64,000 nt of DNA from Methanothrix harundinacea (GTDB lineage: Archaea > Halobacteriota > Methanosarcinia > Methanotrichales > Methanotrichaceae). Each line of letters starts with the position of its first letter. Positions within the stretch are counted from its first letter, which is position 1. The DNA lies in assembly GCA_002502785.1 (NCBI GenBank), contig DAQG01000046.1:4018-68017 (forward strand). Reading direction: 5' to 3'. Positions 40,161 to 48,645 of the stretch are shown here, piece by piece. The notes beneath the pieces are model-generated. The model saw only the letters and a list, made by a program, of their open reading frames with translations, did no database searches and was not told the DNA's origin. Both the position numbers and the translations under genes were made by a program.

Positions 40161-40170
40161 GATATAAAAA
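40161..40170 (-). promoter_or_regulatory. Candidate TATA box for the ribosomal-protein superoperon (would give a leaderless or near-leaderless first gene)
   Basis: The minus strand reads TTTTTATATC, 28 nt upstream of the ATG at 40133. It is the only strong AT box in the 160-nt gap. Confidence 0.35.
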
Positions 40171-40293
40171 GGTTTGGAGAGGAAAAAGAAGCCCATTTCA
40201 GCGCCGGATCTCCCGGCCCTGCCTTATCTGATACCATTGAATTGCCTACCTTGTCCCCACACCCACGCTTCAGCTACTATATTATATCTCTCG

Positions 40294-40854
40294 TCATGGC
40301 ACGGGCCTGAAGGTCCTGGGGTCGAGGGTGAGGGCCGTCTCGCAGTAGGAACATATCGTGTCAAGTCCCGTGTCGGACAAAACTGCTCTATCAACAACCT
40401 CCTGGGGCGGAAGGTACTGGGTCATCTCCTCGCCGCAGAAGGGGCACTTTATCTTCAGCCACTCGAGGCTGGTTAAGTCCCGTATATTTAGTATCACCTC
40501 TCCGAGGGCGTCTGAGTAGGTCTCCCGGGAAAAGGTGATCGGCTTGAGGTGCCTTATCAGGACGGGAATCTCCGCCTCCACCTCCAGGAGCGGGATCATC
40601 AGCTGGTCGATCCCGGAGGCAAAGCCTATCTCCTGGTTGACCCTTGGCGAGACCACCCCATCCAGCGTAAGAAGGGCGATGACGCAGTCTGAGTGGCGGA
40701 TCCCAAACCTCACTCTATCGCCCGGCGACACCCCTCGGGCGCGCCGGTAGATGGCGACGAAGCTCTCAAGCCCCACCCTCCAGAGGGCTTCGGCCAGCTC
40801 CCGGGCCAGGGGCTCGTCCTCCTCGCAGTGGGTGATGTAGACTTTGGTGATCAT
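40294..40854 (-). CDS. TIR-like domain protein with C-terminal zinc ribbon
   Basis: The N-terminus VYITHCEEDEPLARELAEALWRVGLESFV...SDCVIALLT....SPRVNQEIGFASG follows the TIR/TIR-like (DUF1863) pattern. The C-terminus has CPFCG...CSYC. Assignment is by motif only. Confidence 0.5.
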   Translation of the reverse strand: MITKVYITHCEEDEPLARELAEALWRVGLESFVAIYRRARGVSPGDRVRFGIRHSDCVIALLTLDGVVSPRVNQEIGFASGIDQLMIPLLEVEAEIPVLIRHLKPITFSRETYSDALGEVILNIRDLTSLEWLKIKCPFCGEEMTQYLPPQEVVDRAVLSDTGLDTICSYCETALTLDPRTFRPVP

Positions 40855-40879
40855 GAAAGTGAAACTCCGAGGGGTTATG

Positions 40880-41053
40880 GTCGTGAGGGGTATTCACAGT
40901 TTCCGTCGATCTTCTCGAACATGTCCTACCGAAACGATGGGAGCATAGCCTTTCATGGGAAGCTCGGGTTCAGAGAATGCGGCCGCTTCAAGGCTATCGG
41001 GAGAAAGTGGGGGTGAGGACTTCGACGCCATATGGATGCAGAGGATGCTTTGA
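40880..41053 (+). pseudogene. Remnant of the 3' end of a GNAT (phosphinothricin-acetyltransferase-like) gene, N-terminally truncated and frameshifted
   Basis: Frame 1 reads ...NDGSIAFHGKLGFRECGRFKAIGRKWG* (stop 41014-41016). The next frame continues GEDFDAIWMQRML* (stop 41051-41053). Together they mimic the N.aSi.lH.klGF...G....iG.KfGrW.D...mQ..L C-terminus of PAT-type GNATs. No N-terminal half is present. Confidence 0.5.
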
Positions 41054-41218
41054 GGTTGGTCTGCCTATTTGTCTTTTCAGGGACACCTTCTCAGGTCTCG
41101 GCGAAGTGTGCTGTTCTTAAAACGCTGCGATTTGTGGCGATGTGCAAAGGTTTAAATAGTGACAAGCCTTTCTAGCATTCCGCGTTAAGCTGTTCTGTTT
41201 TATGGTTTTTCGCAAAGG

Positions 41219-41461
41219 ATGGTGCAAAGTTTGTACGGTAATAATAGAGGCTCTTTTGGTGCCAGCGGGTTTGGTCCCTCTGCGCCAGTAGAGACTGGTA
41301 AGGAATACGACGTTGAGATCGAGGACATATCAAGACAAGGAGATGGCATCGCCAGAATTGAGGGTTTTGTCATCTTCGTTCCAGAGACCGGGGTTGGCGA
41401 TAAGTCCACCATAATGGTCGATAAGGTTATGCAAAGGTTCGCAATAGCCCACAAGGTCTAA
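41219..41461 (+). CDS. TRAM-domain RNA-binding protein
   Basis: GKEYDVEIEDISRQGDGIARIEGFVIFVPETGVGDKSTIMVDKVMQRFAIA is the standalone archaeal TRAM pattern. Confidence 0.8.
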   Translation: MVQSLYGNNRGSFGASGFGPSAPVETGKEYDVEIEDISRQGDGIARIEGFVIFVPETGVGDKSTIMVDKVMQRFAIAHKV

Positions 41462-41770
41462 AATTATCATCTGCCTTAAGCGTCGTTGGCGGTCTGCGCA
41501 GCGATTTCGCTGCGTTAGACTGCTTTACTAATAGACACTTTGTTTATCTCTCGCCTTCGATCTGCTCGATTTCTCGGGACGAGGATCTTCTGTTTGGCGA
41601 TCTGCTCTATGCCGGTGGCAAGACGGAAGAAGTAAGAAGGGTGGAGTTCGGGGCGAATTTATCAGCTCCATAGGCTTCTTGACCTTTTCGCTGTTTTTGT
41701 GTGGCGGCTAGGGTTATGCAGTGACGAATACGCACAAAAAAAAAAACAAGATATTTAAAATTAAGGAGAT

Positions 41771-41944
41771 ATGTATATGGGCAAGACGTCAAACCAAGAC
41801 TCAACAGAGGAACAGAATCTGGACAGCACGCTCAAAGAAGAAGCAGAAGGCTACGGGGATCTGGTGGCCATATCGGTGGTCCACAAGGTGAGCATGAGAG
41901 CACTCCGATCCAGGTTGAAGGAATTGCAGATAGATCGAGTATGA
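41771..41944 (+). CDS. Possible small protein (57 aa)
   Basis: Below the ORF-track cutoff. AAGGAG lies 5 nt upstream of the ATG. My translation is MYMGKTSNQDSTEEQNLDSTLKEEAEGYGDLVAISVVHKVSMRALRSRLKELQIDRV*. No family is recognised and coding status is uncertain. Confidence 0.3.
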   Translation: MYMGKTSNQDSTEEQNLDSTLKEEAEGYGDLVAISVVHKVSMRALRSRLKELQIDRV

Positions 41945-41983
41945 ATACGTCAACTGTAAAGTGAAATTGAACGAAAAAGTGAC

Positions 41984-42391
41984 TTGATTATGAGTGAAGA
42001 TATGAATGGAAATTTGACGATCGATGAGAATACCATCATAGCAGAAATAGCTGAAAGGATCAGATGGACCGCCCAGGGGTGGCCCGTGCCGGAAGGTAGA
42101 GAGGACGACCGGGCGCTTCAGAAGTGTTACTCCTGGCTCGCGGTGCAGGATCTCCCTCTTGCGGTGGTACCTGAGAACGATTCCGAGTTCGACGAGTTTG
42201 TATCTTCGAACATCTTCCTGAAGATCAGCTTCGACGGCCGAGACCTCAACGATCTGGGTTTTGTCACCAGAGAGTACGTTGAAACTTTCGGTCGGATAGA
42301 AAATGTGAACTTCGTTCCTGCCGCCTTTGGAGCGAAAAAAATGTTATCAAGGCTCAAGGCCTTCAAGTTCTCCTCGGATGAACAAAAATGA
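41984..42391 (+). CDS. Hypothetical protein
   Basis: 135-aa ORF in a lower-GC patch with no recognisable motif. Confidence 0.4.
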   Translation: MIMSEDMNGNLTIDENTIIAEIAERIRWTAQGWPVPEGREDDRALQKCYSWLAVQDLPLAVVPENDSEFDEFVSSNIFLKISFDGRDLNDLGFVTREYVETFGRIENVNFVPAAFGAKKMLSRLKAFKFSSDEQK

Positions 42392-42523
42392 GGTCCGGAT
42401 TATACGATCCCGATCTCCAAAACCCGAAACGACCTTTCGCCTGAGTGCCTCTTTTATGCCGCGATCGATTTGACGATCGTTTTGTGACCTCACTCTCTCT
42501 CTTCGATCTTATCGACAACAGCC

Positions 42524-42946
42524 TCACAGAAATGGCAGCGGGTCTCTCTTTCTATAGACTAGGGCCTGGCAGATGGCTATGAGATCTCCAGTCTCGGTTT
42601 TGACCTGGATGCTGTAGGTTGCAACTCTGTTGGACCTGCTGACCTCTTTTCCTTCCGCCAGGAGGGTGTCCCCCTTCTTCGGACTGCTGACGTAGGTGAC
42701 GCTCATGCTGAGGGCCACAGATACCGTGCCGTGGGAGTTTGAGGCGACCTCAAAGGCCTCGTCGATCAGGGAGAATATGGCTCCACCGTGGGCCATACCG
42801 AAGACGTTCTCCATATCCTCGGTGAACTTCATCTCCACCAGTGAGCGGCCGCTGTCCACCTCGACCAGTTTGAGCCCCATCTTCTTCGCGTAGGGCTCCT
42901 CTTCGACCCTCTTTCGGATCGCCTCGAATATCTCTTCACCCATCAA
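42524..42946 (-). CDS. PaaI/YdiI-type hotdog-fold thioesterase
   Basis: NVFGMAHGGAIFSLIDEAFEVA...TYSIQV pattern of the PaaI family. Confidence 0.75.
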   Translation of the reverse strand: MMGEEIFEAIRKRVEEEPYAKKMGLKLVEVDSGRSLVEMKFTEDMENVFGMAHGGAIFSLIDEAFEVASNSHGTVSVALSMSVTYVSSPKKGDTLLAEGKEVSRSNRVATYSIQVKTETGDLIAICQALVYRKRDPLPFL

Positions 42947-42998
42947 TCAGCATCTCCCAACAATCGCTTTTGCCGTCTGAACTATTTATCTCAACGTC

Positions 42999-43541
42999 TC
43001 AAAGTTTGAGGTCGTATCTGACCTCGGTGACGGTGCTACCCCAGATCTCGGAGGTCTTCTCTTCCCTCCTCTCAAAGCCCAGGGATTCGTAGAGGCTTGT
43101 TGCGGCCTCAAGCCCCCGAACCGTCCAGAGGAAGACTCTGGAGTACCCGACAGATCGAGCGAAGTCCAGCGCCTCCTTCACGAGCTTCCGACCAAGGCCC
43201 TGTCCTCTTACCTCCGGGTCCAAGAGGAGCCATCGGAGCTGGGCCTCGCCGTCGGAGACGTTCACGATGGCGACAGACCCGACGATCGGTCCCGCTTTTC
43301 CTTCTCCGACCTCCTCGGCACCCACCACACGCTCGACGATCCAGATCCGGTCCCGATCCGATCTGGACTTGACGAACTCGGCCAGAGGTCCTGCGACGTA
43401 GGCATCGAAGGTGTGGTCCCACCCCTGCTCCTCGGCATAAACGACGCCGTGAAGGTGCACCACAATCCCTATATCGCCGGGTCTCAGGTCAGTTCGTATC
43501 GAGATCGAATGGTTCCGGTTCTTTGAGAGCTTCGCCAACAT
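42999..43541 (-). CDS. GNAT family N-acetyltransferase
   Basis: Acetyl-CoA motif LLLDPEVRGQGLGRKLVKEALDFAR and LWTV.....A..LYESLGFE. Confidence 0.8.
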   Translation of the reverse strand: MLAKLSKNRNHSISIRTDLRPGDIGIVVHLHGVVYAEEQGWDHTFDAYVAGPLAEFVKSRSDRDRIWIVERVVGAEEVGEGKAGPIVGSVAIVNVSDGEAQLRWLLLDPEVRGQGLGRKLVKEALDFARSVGYSRVFLWTVRGLEAATSLYESLGFERREEKTSEIWGSTVTEVRYDLKL

Positions 43542-43650
43542 GTCGCGAGTCGTCTTAGCATCTCGACATATTTCAAAATTGCCTTTCTCATCCCTCTCCT
43601 TTTGTTGTTAGGCGGTGAACTTTTAGTCCTAGCCCGGCAAAGGTCTGAAC

Positions 43651-43992
43651 ATGGGTCCAGAAGATCGGCCAGATGTCGGAATCGGTATAGAGCCCGCCGG
43701 GAGCGACGCGGAGGCGCCGAAGTCGTGGGAGTCGGCCGAGGGCCACAGGTTCGCCCTCGAGGTCCTTCAGCTAAGGGTCAGGAGAGATATCTTGAAGTTC
43801 ATCGGCGAGGGCGTCGTGTCCACGGAGGAGATCGCCGAAAAGTTCGGCATCCACGAGAGGCAGGCAGCCTTCCACCTGGCTATGCTCGATAAAGCCCTGG
43901 TTGTCGAGCCAGTTTCCGGCGGCTACAGGTCCACGCCCACCGGCCTGCTCTATCTCGAGAAGGTCGAAACCTCGTACCCTGGAAAATTTTAA
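43651..43992 (+). CDS. Winged-helix (ArsR-like) transcriptional regulator
   Basis: FALEVLQLRVRRDILKFIGEGVVSTEEIAEKFGIHERQAAFHLAMLDKALVVE. Confidence 0.6.
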   Translation: MGPEDRPDVGIGIEPAGSDAEAPKSWESAEGHRFALEVLQLRVRRDILKFIGEGVVSTEEIAEKFGIHERQAAFHLAMLDKALVVEPVSGGYRSTPTGLLYLEKVETSYPGKF

Positions 43993-44043
43993 ACGATATG
44001 GTGTCCATAAAGTTCTGGGTATATTTCTGGCGGGTGAGCGATT

Positions 44044-45423
44044 TTGAGAACAATCTTGCAGTTAGGGCTCGCTTTGGCGGTGGGCCTGGCTTTGACATTG
44101 GGGACGGGCCTCGGGGCGGATCTCGTCATGGAAAAGAGCCCGAGCCTTCTGAAAACTCCCCTGGACGCATCCATCGGATCGAGGCTCAGCATAGTTGAGC
44201 CGGTTGAGGCGGCTAAAGAGCAGGAAGAACGTTATTTTCTTGTCGGAACCCTGGACGACATCAAGGCGGTCATAGTAACTGACGCTGGCGAGCAGCAGAC
44301 CAGTCTCAAGGGCGAGATCGTCTTCGCAACCGAGCCGGATGAGCGGGGCGATCTCAGCCTGGTTCTGACCAGGCTCAACCTGGTATCGAGCGGGGTTGCC
44401 ACAAAGAAGGGCGAGTCGGGGGTCATCGGCCTCAACCTGGCCGAGCCTGAGTACAAGGGCACCTACGATTCCAGAACCGGCCACTTCTCGGCCGAGTTCG
44501 ATTCCACCCTCCACTACGCCCAGATCGACGAGATCATGGGCTACATTCCCAGCAAGTCCGAGGAGGGCGACCTCTTCCTCTCCTACACCGAGTCGATGGG
44601 AGGCAAAATAGAGGGGAGGCTTCCAGAGGGGATGAAGGCGGCGGACGAGGGCGAGGTCACCATGAACGCCGAGATCCGTCTGGAGCTTGAACGCACCGTC
44701 GTCGGATCGCTCCGGAGCATGGTGGTCTACCTCGACATCACTAAGCTTTGGTGGTACTTGGAGACCAGCCCCTCCGAGATCCTCCTGGTCCAGCCGGTCT
44801 TCATAGGTACTGGACCCTCGGACCCTTCGGCCACGGGAACCGTCTACAACACCCTTCTGGACGGATCGGCGGAGATCTGGGACCGGTGCGGAACCGTCCG
44901 GTGCATTGCAATCCGGTCCAGGACCCCCGTCTACATCAACAACAACGCCTACCGGGTGCTGAACAGCGAGGCTGAGGCTGCAGCCCTCCGGGCGGAGGTC
45001 AACGTCGCGGATGCGGTGGAGGTCTTCGTGGTGGAGGAATGGGATCCATACTATGACGGCGGCGGAGCATGCTGGAGCAGCGGGACCGCCTCCGCCAAGA
45101 TCGTGACTTGTGATCAGCAGATGGCAGTGCCATGCCCGATGCCTGCTGGCCTCTGGGGATGTTCGGTCGCCGAGGGCGGCTCTTGCGGCGACGTGAATTA
45201 TTACCATCTCGCCCACGAGCTGGGCCACGCTTTGAACCTCCTCCATCCTGGAGAGTATCGGTCGGGGATGGTGGCGGGATCCTCGGGTTCGATCCTGGAG
45301 CCCAGCGGCTTTTGTCGCGACAACCCGGACGTTCAGAGCGCTAGAAACTGCCGCAGCGCCTCAAGTCCGCTTCTATATTCGGGCAGATCCACCTGCACGG
45401 GAAGCCCCGACATCATGGACTGA
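44044..45423 (+). CDS. Secreted protein with C-terminal HExxHxxxxxH zinc-metallopeptidase motif
   Basis: Signal-peptide-like N-terminus MRTILQLGLALAVGLALTLGTGLGA. The C-terminal motif is HELGHALNLLHPGE in a Cys-rich ~130-aa domain. The N-terminal ~330 aa are unrecognised. Confidence 0.55.
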   Translation: MRTILQLGLALAVGLALTLGTGLGADLVMEKSPSLLKTPLDASIGSRLSIVEPVEAAKEQEERYFLVGTLDDIKAVIVTDAGEQQTSLKGEIVFATEPDERGDLSLVLTRLNLVSSGVATKKGESGVIGLNLAEPEYKGTYDSRTGHFSAEFDSTLHYAQIDEIMGYIPSKSEEGDLFLSYTESMGGKIEGRLPEGMKAADEGEVTMNAEIRLELERTVVGSLRSMVVYLDITKLWWYLETSPSEILLVQPVFIGTGPSDPSATGTVYNTLLDGSAEIWDRCGTVRCIAIRSRTPVYINNNAYRVLNSEAEAAALRAEVNVADAVEVFVVEEWDPYYDGGGACWSSGTASAKIVTCDQQMAVPCPMPAGLWGCSVAEGGSCGDVNYYHLAHELGHALNLLHPGEYRSGMVAGSSGSILEPSGFCRDNPDVQSARNCRSASSPLLYSGRSTCTGSPDIMD

Positions 45424-45528
45424 AGGCCCGGAGGCTGCCCCATGGGGCCGGTCCCCGGGCAGCTTTCGATCATTTTTGTCGTAGGATTTTTTTGATAGAA
45501 TATTCGTTGATAGGATAAGCCCCAAAGG

Positions 45529-45750
45529 TCATTCCCTCAAAACCCCCATCCATCCGGTCCCGCCGCAGGCTGGGCATCCCTTGATGCAGAGCCTTCCTGT
45601 GCCGTTGCAGAGGGCGCACCGTTTCGCGGGCTGGGCTACCGTCACCATCCCTCGACCGCAGCAGGCGGGGCAGCGCCTTCCTCCAGATTCGCCCGCGCCT
45701 TTGCAGAATGCACAAGTTTCGGGAGCATGCTTCGCCGGGGACATAGACAT
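45529..45750 (-). CDS. Standalone DnaJ-type zinc-finger miniprotein (4 x CxxCxGxG)
   Basis: CAFCKGAG, CPACCGRG, CALCNGTG and CPACGGTG within 73 aa. I prefer it to the overlapping 174-aa ORF (45470-45994) in another frame, which has no motif and an odd composition. Confidence 0.45.
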   Translation of the reverse strand: MSMSPAKHAPETCAFCKGAGESGGRRCPACCGRGMVTVAQPAKRCALCNGTGRLCIKGCPACGGTGWMGVLRE

Positions 45751-46113
45751 GCTTCGGTCTATTCAGGGTATGATATATTACCTGCTCCACTGCCATGGCG
45801 CTTGCAAACCACCCCTGCCCTGTAACAATTAAACCGAAAAGCTTATTACTAAATATGATTGTAGCATGAAATGCCGCGCGAACGGCGCCATCCTGACCTC
45901 CACCGCACGAAAGCCTTGTGCCGAATCTGTGCTCATTTCGACAGAAAAGTGCCCGAACGTTGAGCGACGTTCGGGCCCGCTCTCCCGCTATCAACGGTTG
46001 GAAGGGTGGCGTTCAGCCATCGGGCCGGGTCCAACGGTCACGATCGGGATAATGGCGAGAGAAGCTGTCGGCCACCAGACCGTATCTTTCTCCTATTTTT
46101 TTATTATTCGGTA

Positions 46114-46737
46114 TTAGCCCCTTCTACCGTACTTGATCGCGAGAAATATCCTCTGAACAGCGGTCAGGTTTGAGAGAACCGCGGCGAGGACGATGGCGCC
46201 CACCAGCCAATCGTTCCCGAAGAGGAGGGCAATGATCATCCCGGCGTAGATTAGGATAAGCCTCTCGGCCCTTTCGAGAAGCCCTCCCATCTTTTTTGCC
46301 AAAACCTCCTGGTCCTCGACAAGGCCCCGGTGGTCGGCGTAGGCTCGGACGAAGGAGGTCATCACCGCCCCGAAGATGAGGATCCCAATCCAGGCGCCGA
46401 TCGGGATCAAAAACCAGGTTTCTGGGCCGAGATAAAAAAGGAGGCCGAGGATCAGGAGGGCTTCAACGTATCTGTCGAGGACCCCGTCCAGAAAGGCTCC
46501 GGCCGCCGAGGTCCGGCCAGTCGCCCTCGCAACAGCCCCGTCCACCATGTCGAGGGCCCCCGATAGGAGGAATAGAAGGAAGCCGAGGAGGAGCCTGTGG
46601 TCCCAGAGGGCCAAAAACCCACCGAAGGCGACCGCCAGGGCGAGGGCGGTCCAGGCGTTGGGGGATAGGCCGAGACGGGAGAGGCCCGCCAGAGATCTGT
46701 CCACCTTCTTTCCGTCCACCAGACGGGACTTGAGCAT
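46114..46737 (-). CDS. CDP-alcohol phosphatidyltransferase family protein
   Basis: Signature DMVDGAVARATGRTSAAGAFLDGVLDRYVE (DGx2ARx8Gx3Dx3D) and multiple TM segments. Confidence 0.8.
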   Translation of the reverse strand: MLKSRLVDGKKVDRSLAGLSRLGLSPNAWTALALAVAFGGFLALWDHRLLLGFLLFLLSGALDMVDGAVARATGRTSAAGAFLDGVLDRYVEALLILGLLFYLGPETWFLIPIGAWIGILIFGAVMTSFVRAYADHRGLVEDQEVLAKKMGGLLERAERLILIYAGMIIALLFGNDWLVGAIVLAAVLSNLTAVQRIFLAIKYGRRG

Positions 46738-46799
46738 CGAGGTCGGAGACGAAATGGAGGTATTAAACCCTTTTGTCCTCTTCTAACCAGAATTTCAGG

Positions 46800-48029
46800 T
46801 CACAATCCCAGATCTGCCAGGAACCGCTCGATCCTGTCGATCGCCTCCAGGATCTCCTCTCTCGATGTGGCATAAGAGCAGCGGAGGAACCCCTCGCCGC
46901 TTTCACCGAAGGCGTTTCCTGGAACTGCCGCCACCTTCTGCTCTTTTAAGAGCTGTTCCGCAAACTCCTCGGAAGAAAGGCCCGTCCCCTCGATGGAGGG
47001 AAAGGCGTAGAAGGCTCCCTTCGGCTCAAAGCAGGGCAGGCCGAGCCTCTCCAGCTCTGAGACGAAGAGGCGCCTCCTTCTGTCGTACTCCCGCTTCATC
47101 GCCTTCATCTCCGACTCGCCCCGGCGGAGGGCTTCGACCGCCGCCACCTGGGCCATCGTCGGGGCGCAGAGCATCGTGTACTGGTGAACTTTGGTCATCG
47201 CCCCTATGATCGCGGGGTCTCCGAGGGCGTATCCTACCCTCCATCCAGTCATGGCGCAGGACTTGGACATCCCGTTCAACAGGACCGTCCTATCTTGCAT
47301 TCCCTCGAGCTGGGCGAAGCTCGCGTGCCTGCCGTTGTAGGTGAGCTTGGCGTATACCTCGTCTGAGATGACAAGAAGGTCGTTTTCCATCACCAGGTCC
47401 GCGATCTCCTCCAGGTCCTCCCGGGTCATGATCGCTCCGGTGGGGTTGTTCGGGTAGCTCAAAACCAGGGCCTTCGTCTTCTCGTTTATGGCGTCAGCGA
47501 AGTCCTCGGGACGGAGCTTGAACTCTTCGGATAGCCTCGTGGCGACAGGCCTTGGAACGCCTCCCGCGAGGAGGATATCGGGGACGTAGGCGACGTAGCA
47601 GGGCTGAGGCACGATCACCTCGTCGCCGGGGTTCAAAGTCGCCCTGAAGGCGAGGTCGACGGCCTCGGAGACGCCGGTGGTGACCAGGATCTCCTCTTCG
47701 GGATCGTAGTCGAGGCCCAGGTCCTCTTTCGTCGATTCCGCCAAGATCTCCCTCAGCTCCAGAAGGCCCTTGTTTGGGGTGTAAGAGGTGTGGCCGCCTT
47801 CAAGAGAGTAGATGCATGCTTCCCTGATGTGCCAGGGGGTCGCAAAGTCCGGTTCTCCCACCCCGAGGCTGATCACGTCCTCCATCCCCACGACGATGTC
47901 GAAGAACTTTCTGATCCCCGAAGGCGGCATCTCCCTCACCGTCGTCGAGAGGTGGGAATCGGGACGCCAGAGAGCGGGCTTCTCCATAGCGAGCTTCTTG
48001 TTTTCTGCGCCGATCTCGCTATTCGTCAT
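46800..48029 (-). CDS. Class I/II PLP-dependent aminotransferase (aspartate/aromatic aminotransferase-like)
   Basis: SGIRKFFD, ISLGVGEPDF, NPTG, and SKSCAMTGWRVGY with the PLP lysine. Confidence 0.85.
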   Translation of the reverse strand: MTNSEIGAENKKLAMEKPALWRPDSHLSTTVREMPPSGIRKFFDIVVGMEDVISLGVGEPDFATPWHIREACIYSLEGGHTSYTPNKGLLELREILAESTKEDLGLDYDPEEEILVTTGVSEAVDLAFRATLNPGDEVIVPQPCYVAYVPDILLAGGVPRPVATRLSEEFKLRPEDFADAINEKTKALVLSYPNNPTGAIMTREDLEEIADLVMENDLLVISDEVYAKLTYNGRHASFAQLEGMQDRTVLLNGMSKSCAMTGWRVGYALGDPAIIGAMTKVHQYTMLCAPTMAQVAAVEALRRGESEMKAMKREYDRRRRLFVSELERLGLPCFEPKGAFYAFPSIEGTGLSSEEFAEQLLKEQKVAAVPGNAFGESGEGFLRCSYATSREEILEAIDRIERFLADLGL

Positions 48030-48517
48030 GCGGTGACCACCAGTCGTTTGGGCTGGGTCCTGTCGTAGAGGATGACCCCGTGCTCCTTGTAGCTTTTGAG
48101 GACGAAATGGGTGCAGGTCGACTCGACCCCTTCGAGGGTCGCTATCTTCTCGGTGACGAAGAAGGCGACGTCCTTCATGGACCTGCCCCTGACCGTGAAG
48201 GATATGTCGTGGTCGCCGGATATCAGCCTCACCGACTGGACTTCGGAGAACCGGGCGATCCTCTCGGCGATGGCGTCGTAACCCTTGTCCCGCTGGAGAG
48301 ATACCTTCAGCTCGATCATGGCGTAGACGTAGCCGTCATCGATCTTCTCCCAGTTGATCATGGTCATGTACTTCCTTATGACCCCCGACTCCTCCAGGCT
48401 CTTGATCTCTGCTGCGACCTCCTCCTCTGAACGGCCCAGCAGGGTTGCGATCTCCCCTGGGGTGGCCCTGGCGTTCTCCTCCAGCACCTCTAAGATCTCC
48501 TTGGCGAAGTCCCTCAT
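48026..48517 (-). CDS. Lrp/AsnC family transcriptional regulator
   Basis: An N-terminal HTH (ILEVLEENARATPGEIATLLGRSEEEVAAEIKSLEESGVI) plus a RAM-like domain. It overlaps the aminotransferase start by 4 nt. Confidence 0.8.
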   Translation of the reverse strand: MRDFAKEILEVLEENARATPGEIATLLGRSEEEVAAEIKSLEESGVIRKYMTMINWEKIDDGYVYAMIELKVSLQRDKGYDAIAERIARFSEVQSVRLISGDHDISFTVRGRSMKDVAFFVTEKIATLEGVESTCTHFVLKSYKEHGVILYDRTQPKRLVVTA

Positions 48518-48645
48518 AGATCCTTCCGTTTCGATCTGAAAAGGATTATAGTTTTCCTCTGGGGTTTGCCCCCCCCTTTCCCGTCACGTCACTGCGTTTT
48601 TACGGGGCGTGACGACATATTTGTCCAAAGGCGAATCGAGAAACG

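Noticed and set aside
41485-41520. A hairpin GCAGCGA-TT-TCGCTGC after the TRAM gene as a terminator.
   Set aside because: No convincing oligo-T tract follows directly, and archaeal termination relies on T-runs, so it is left uncalled.
48518-48645. An inverted repeat CGTCACG...CGTGACG (7 bp, ~19-nt loop) with TTTTT between the Lrp gene start and the small secreted-protein gene.
   Set aside because: The stem is short and the loop is long. The position is upstream of one gene and downstream of another on the same strand, compatible with a weak terminator but not distinctive enough to call.
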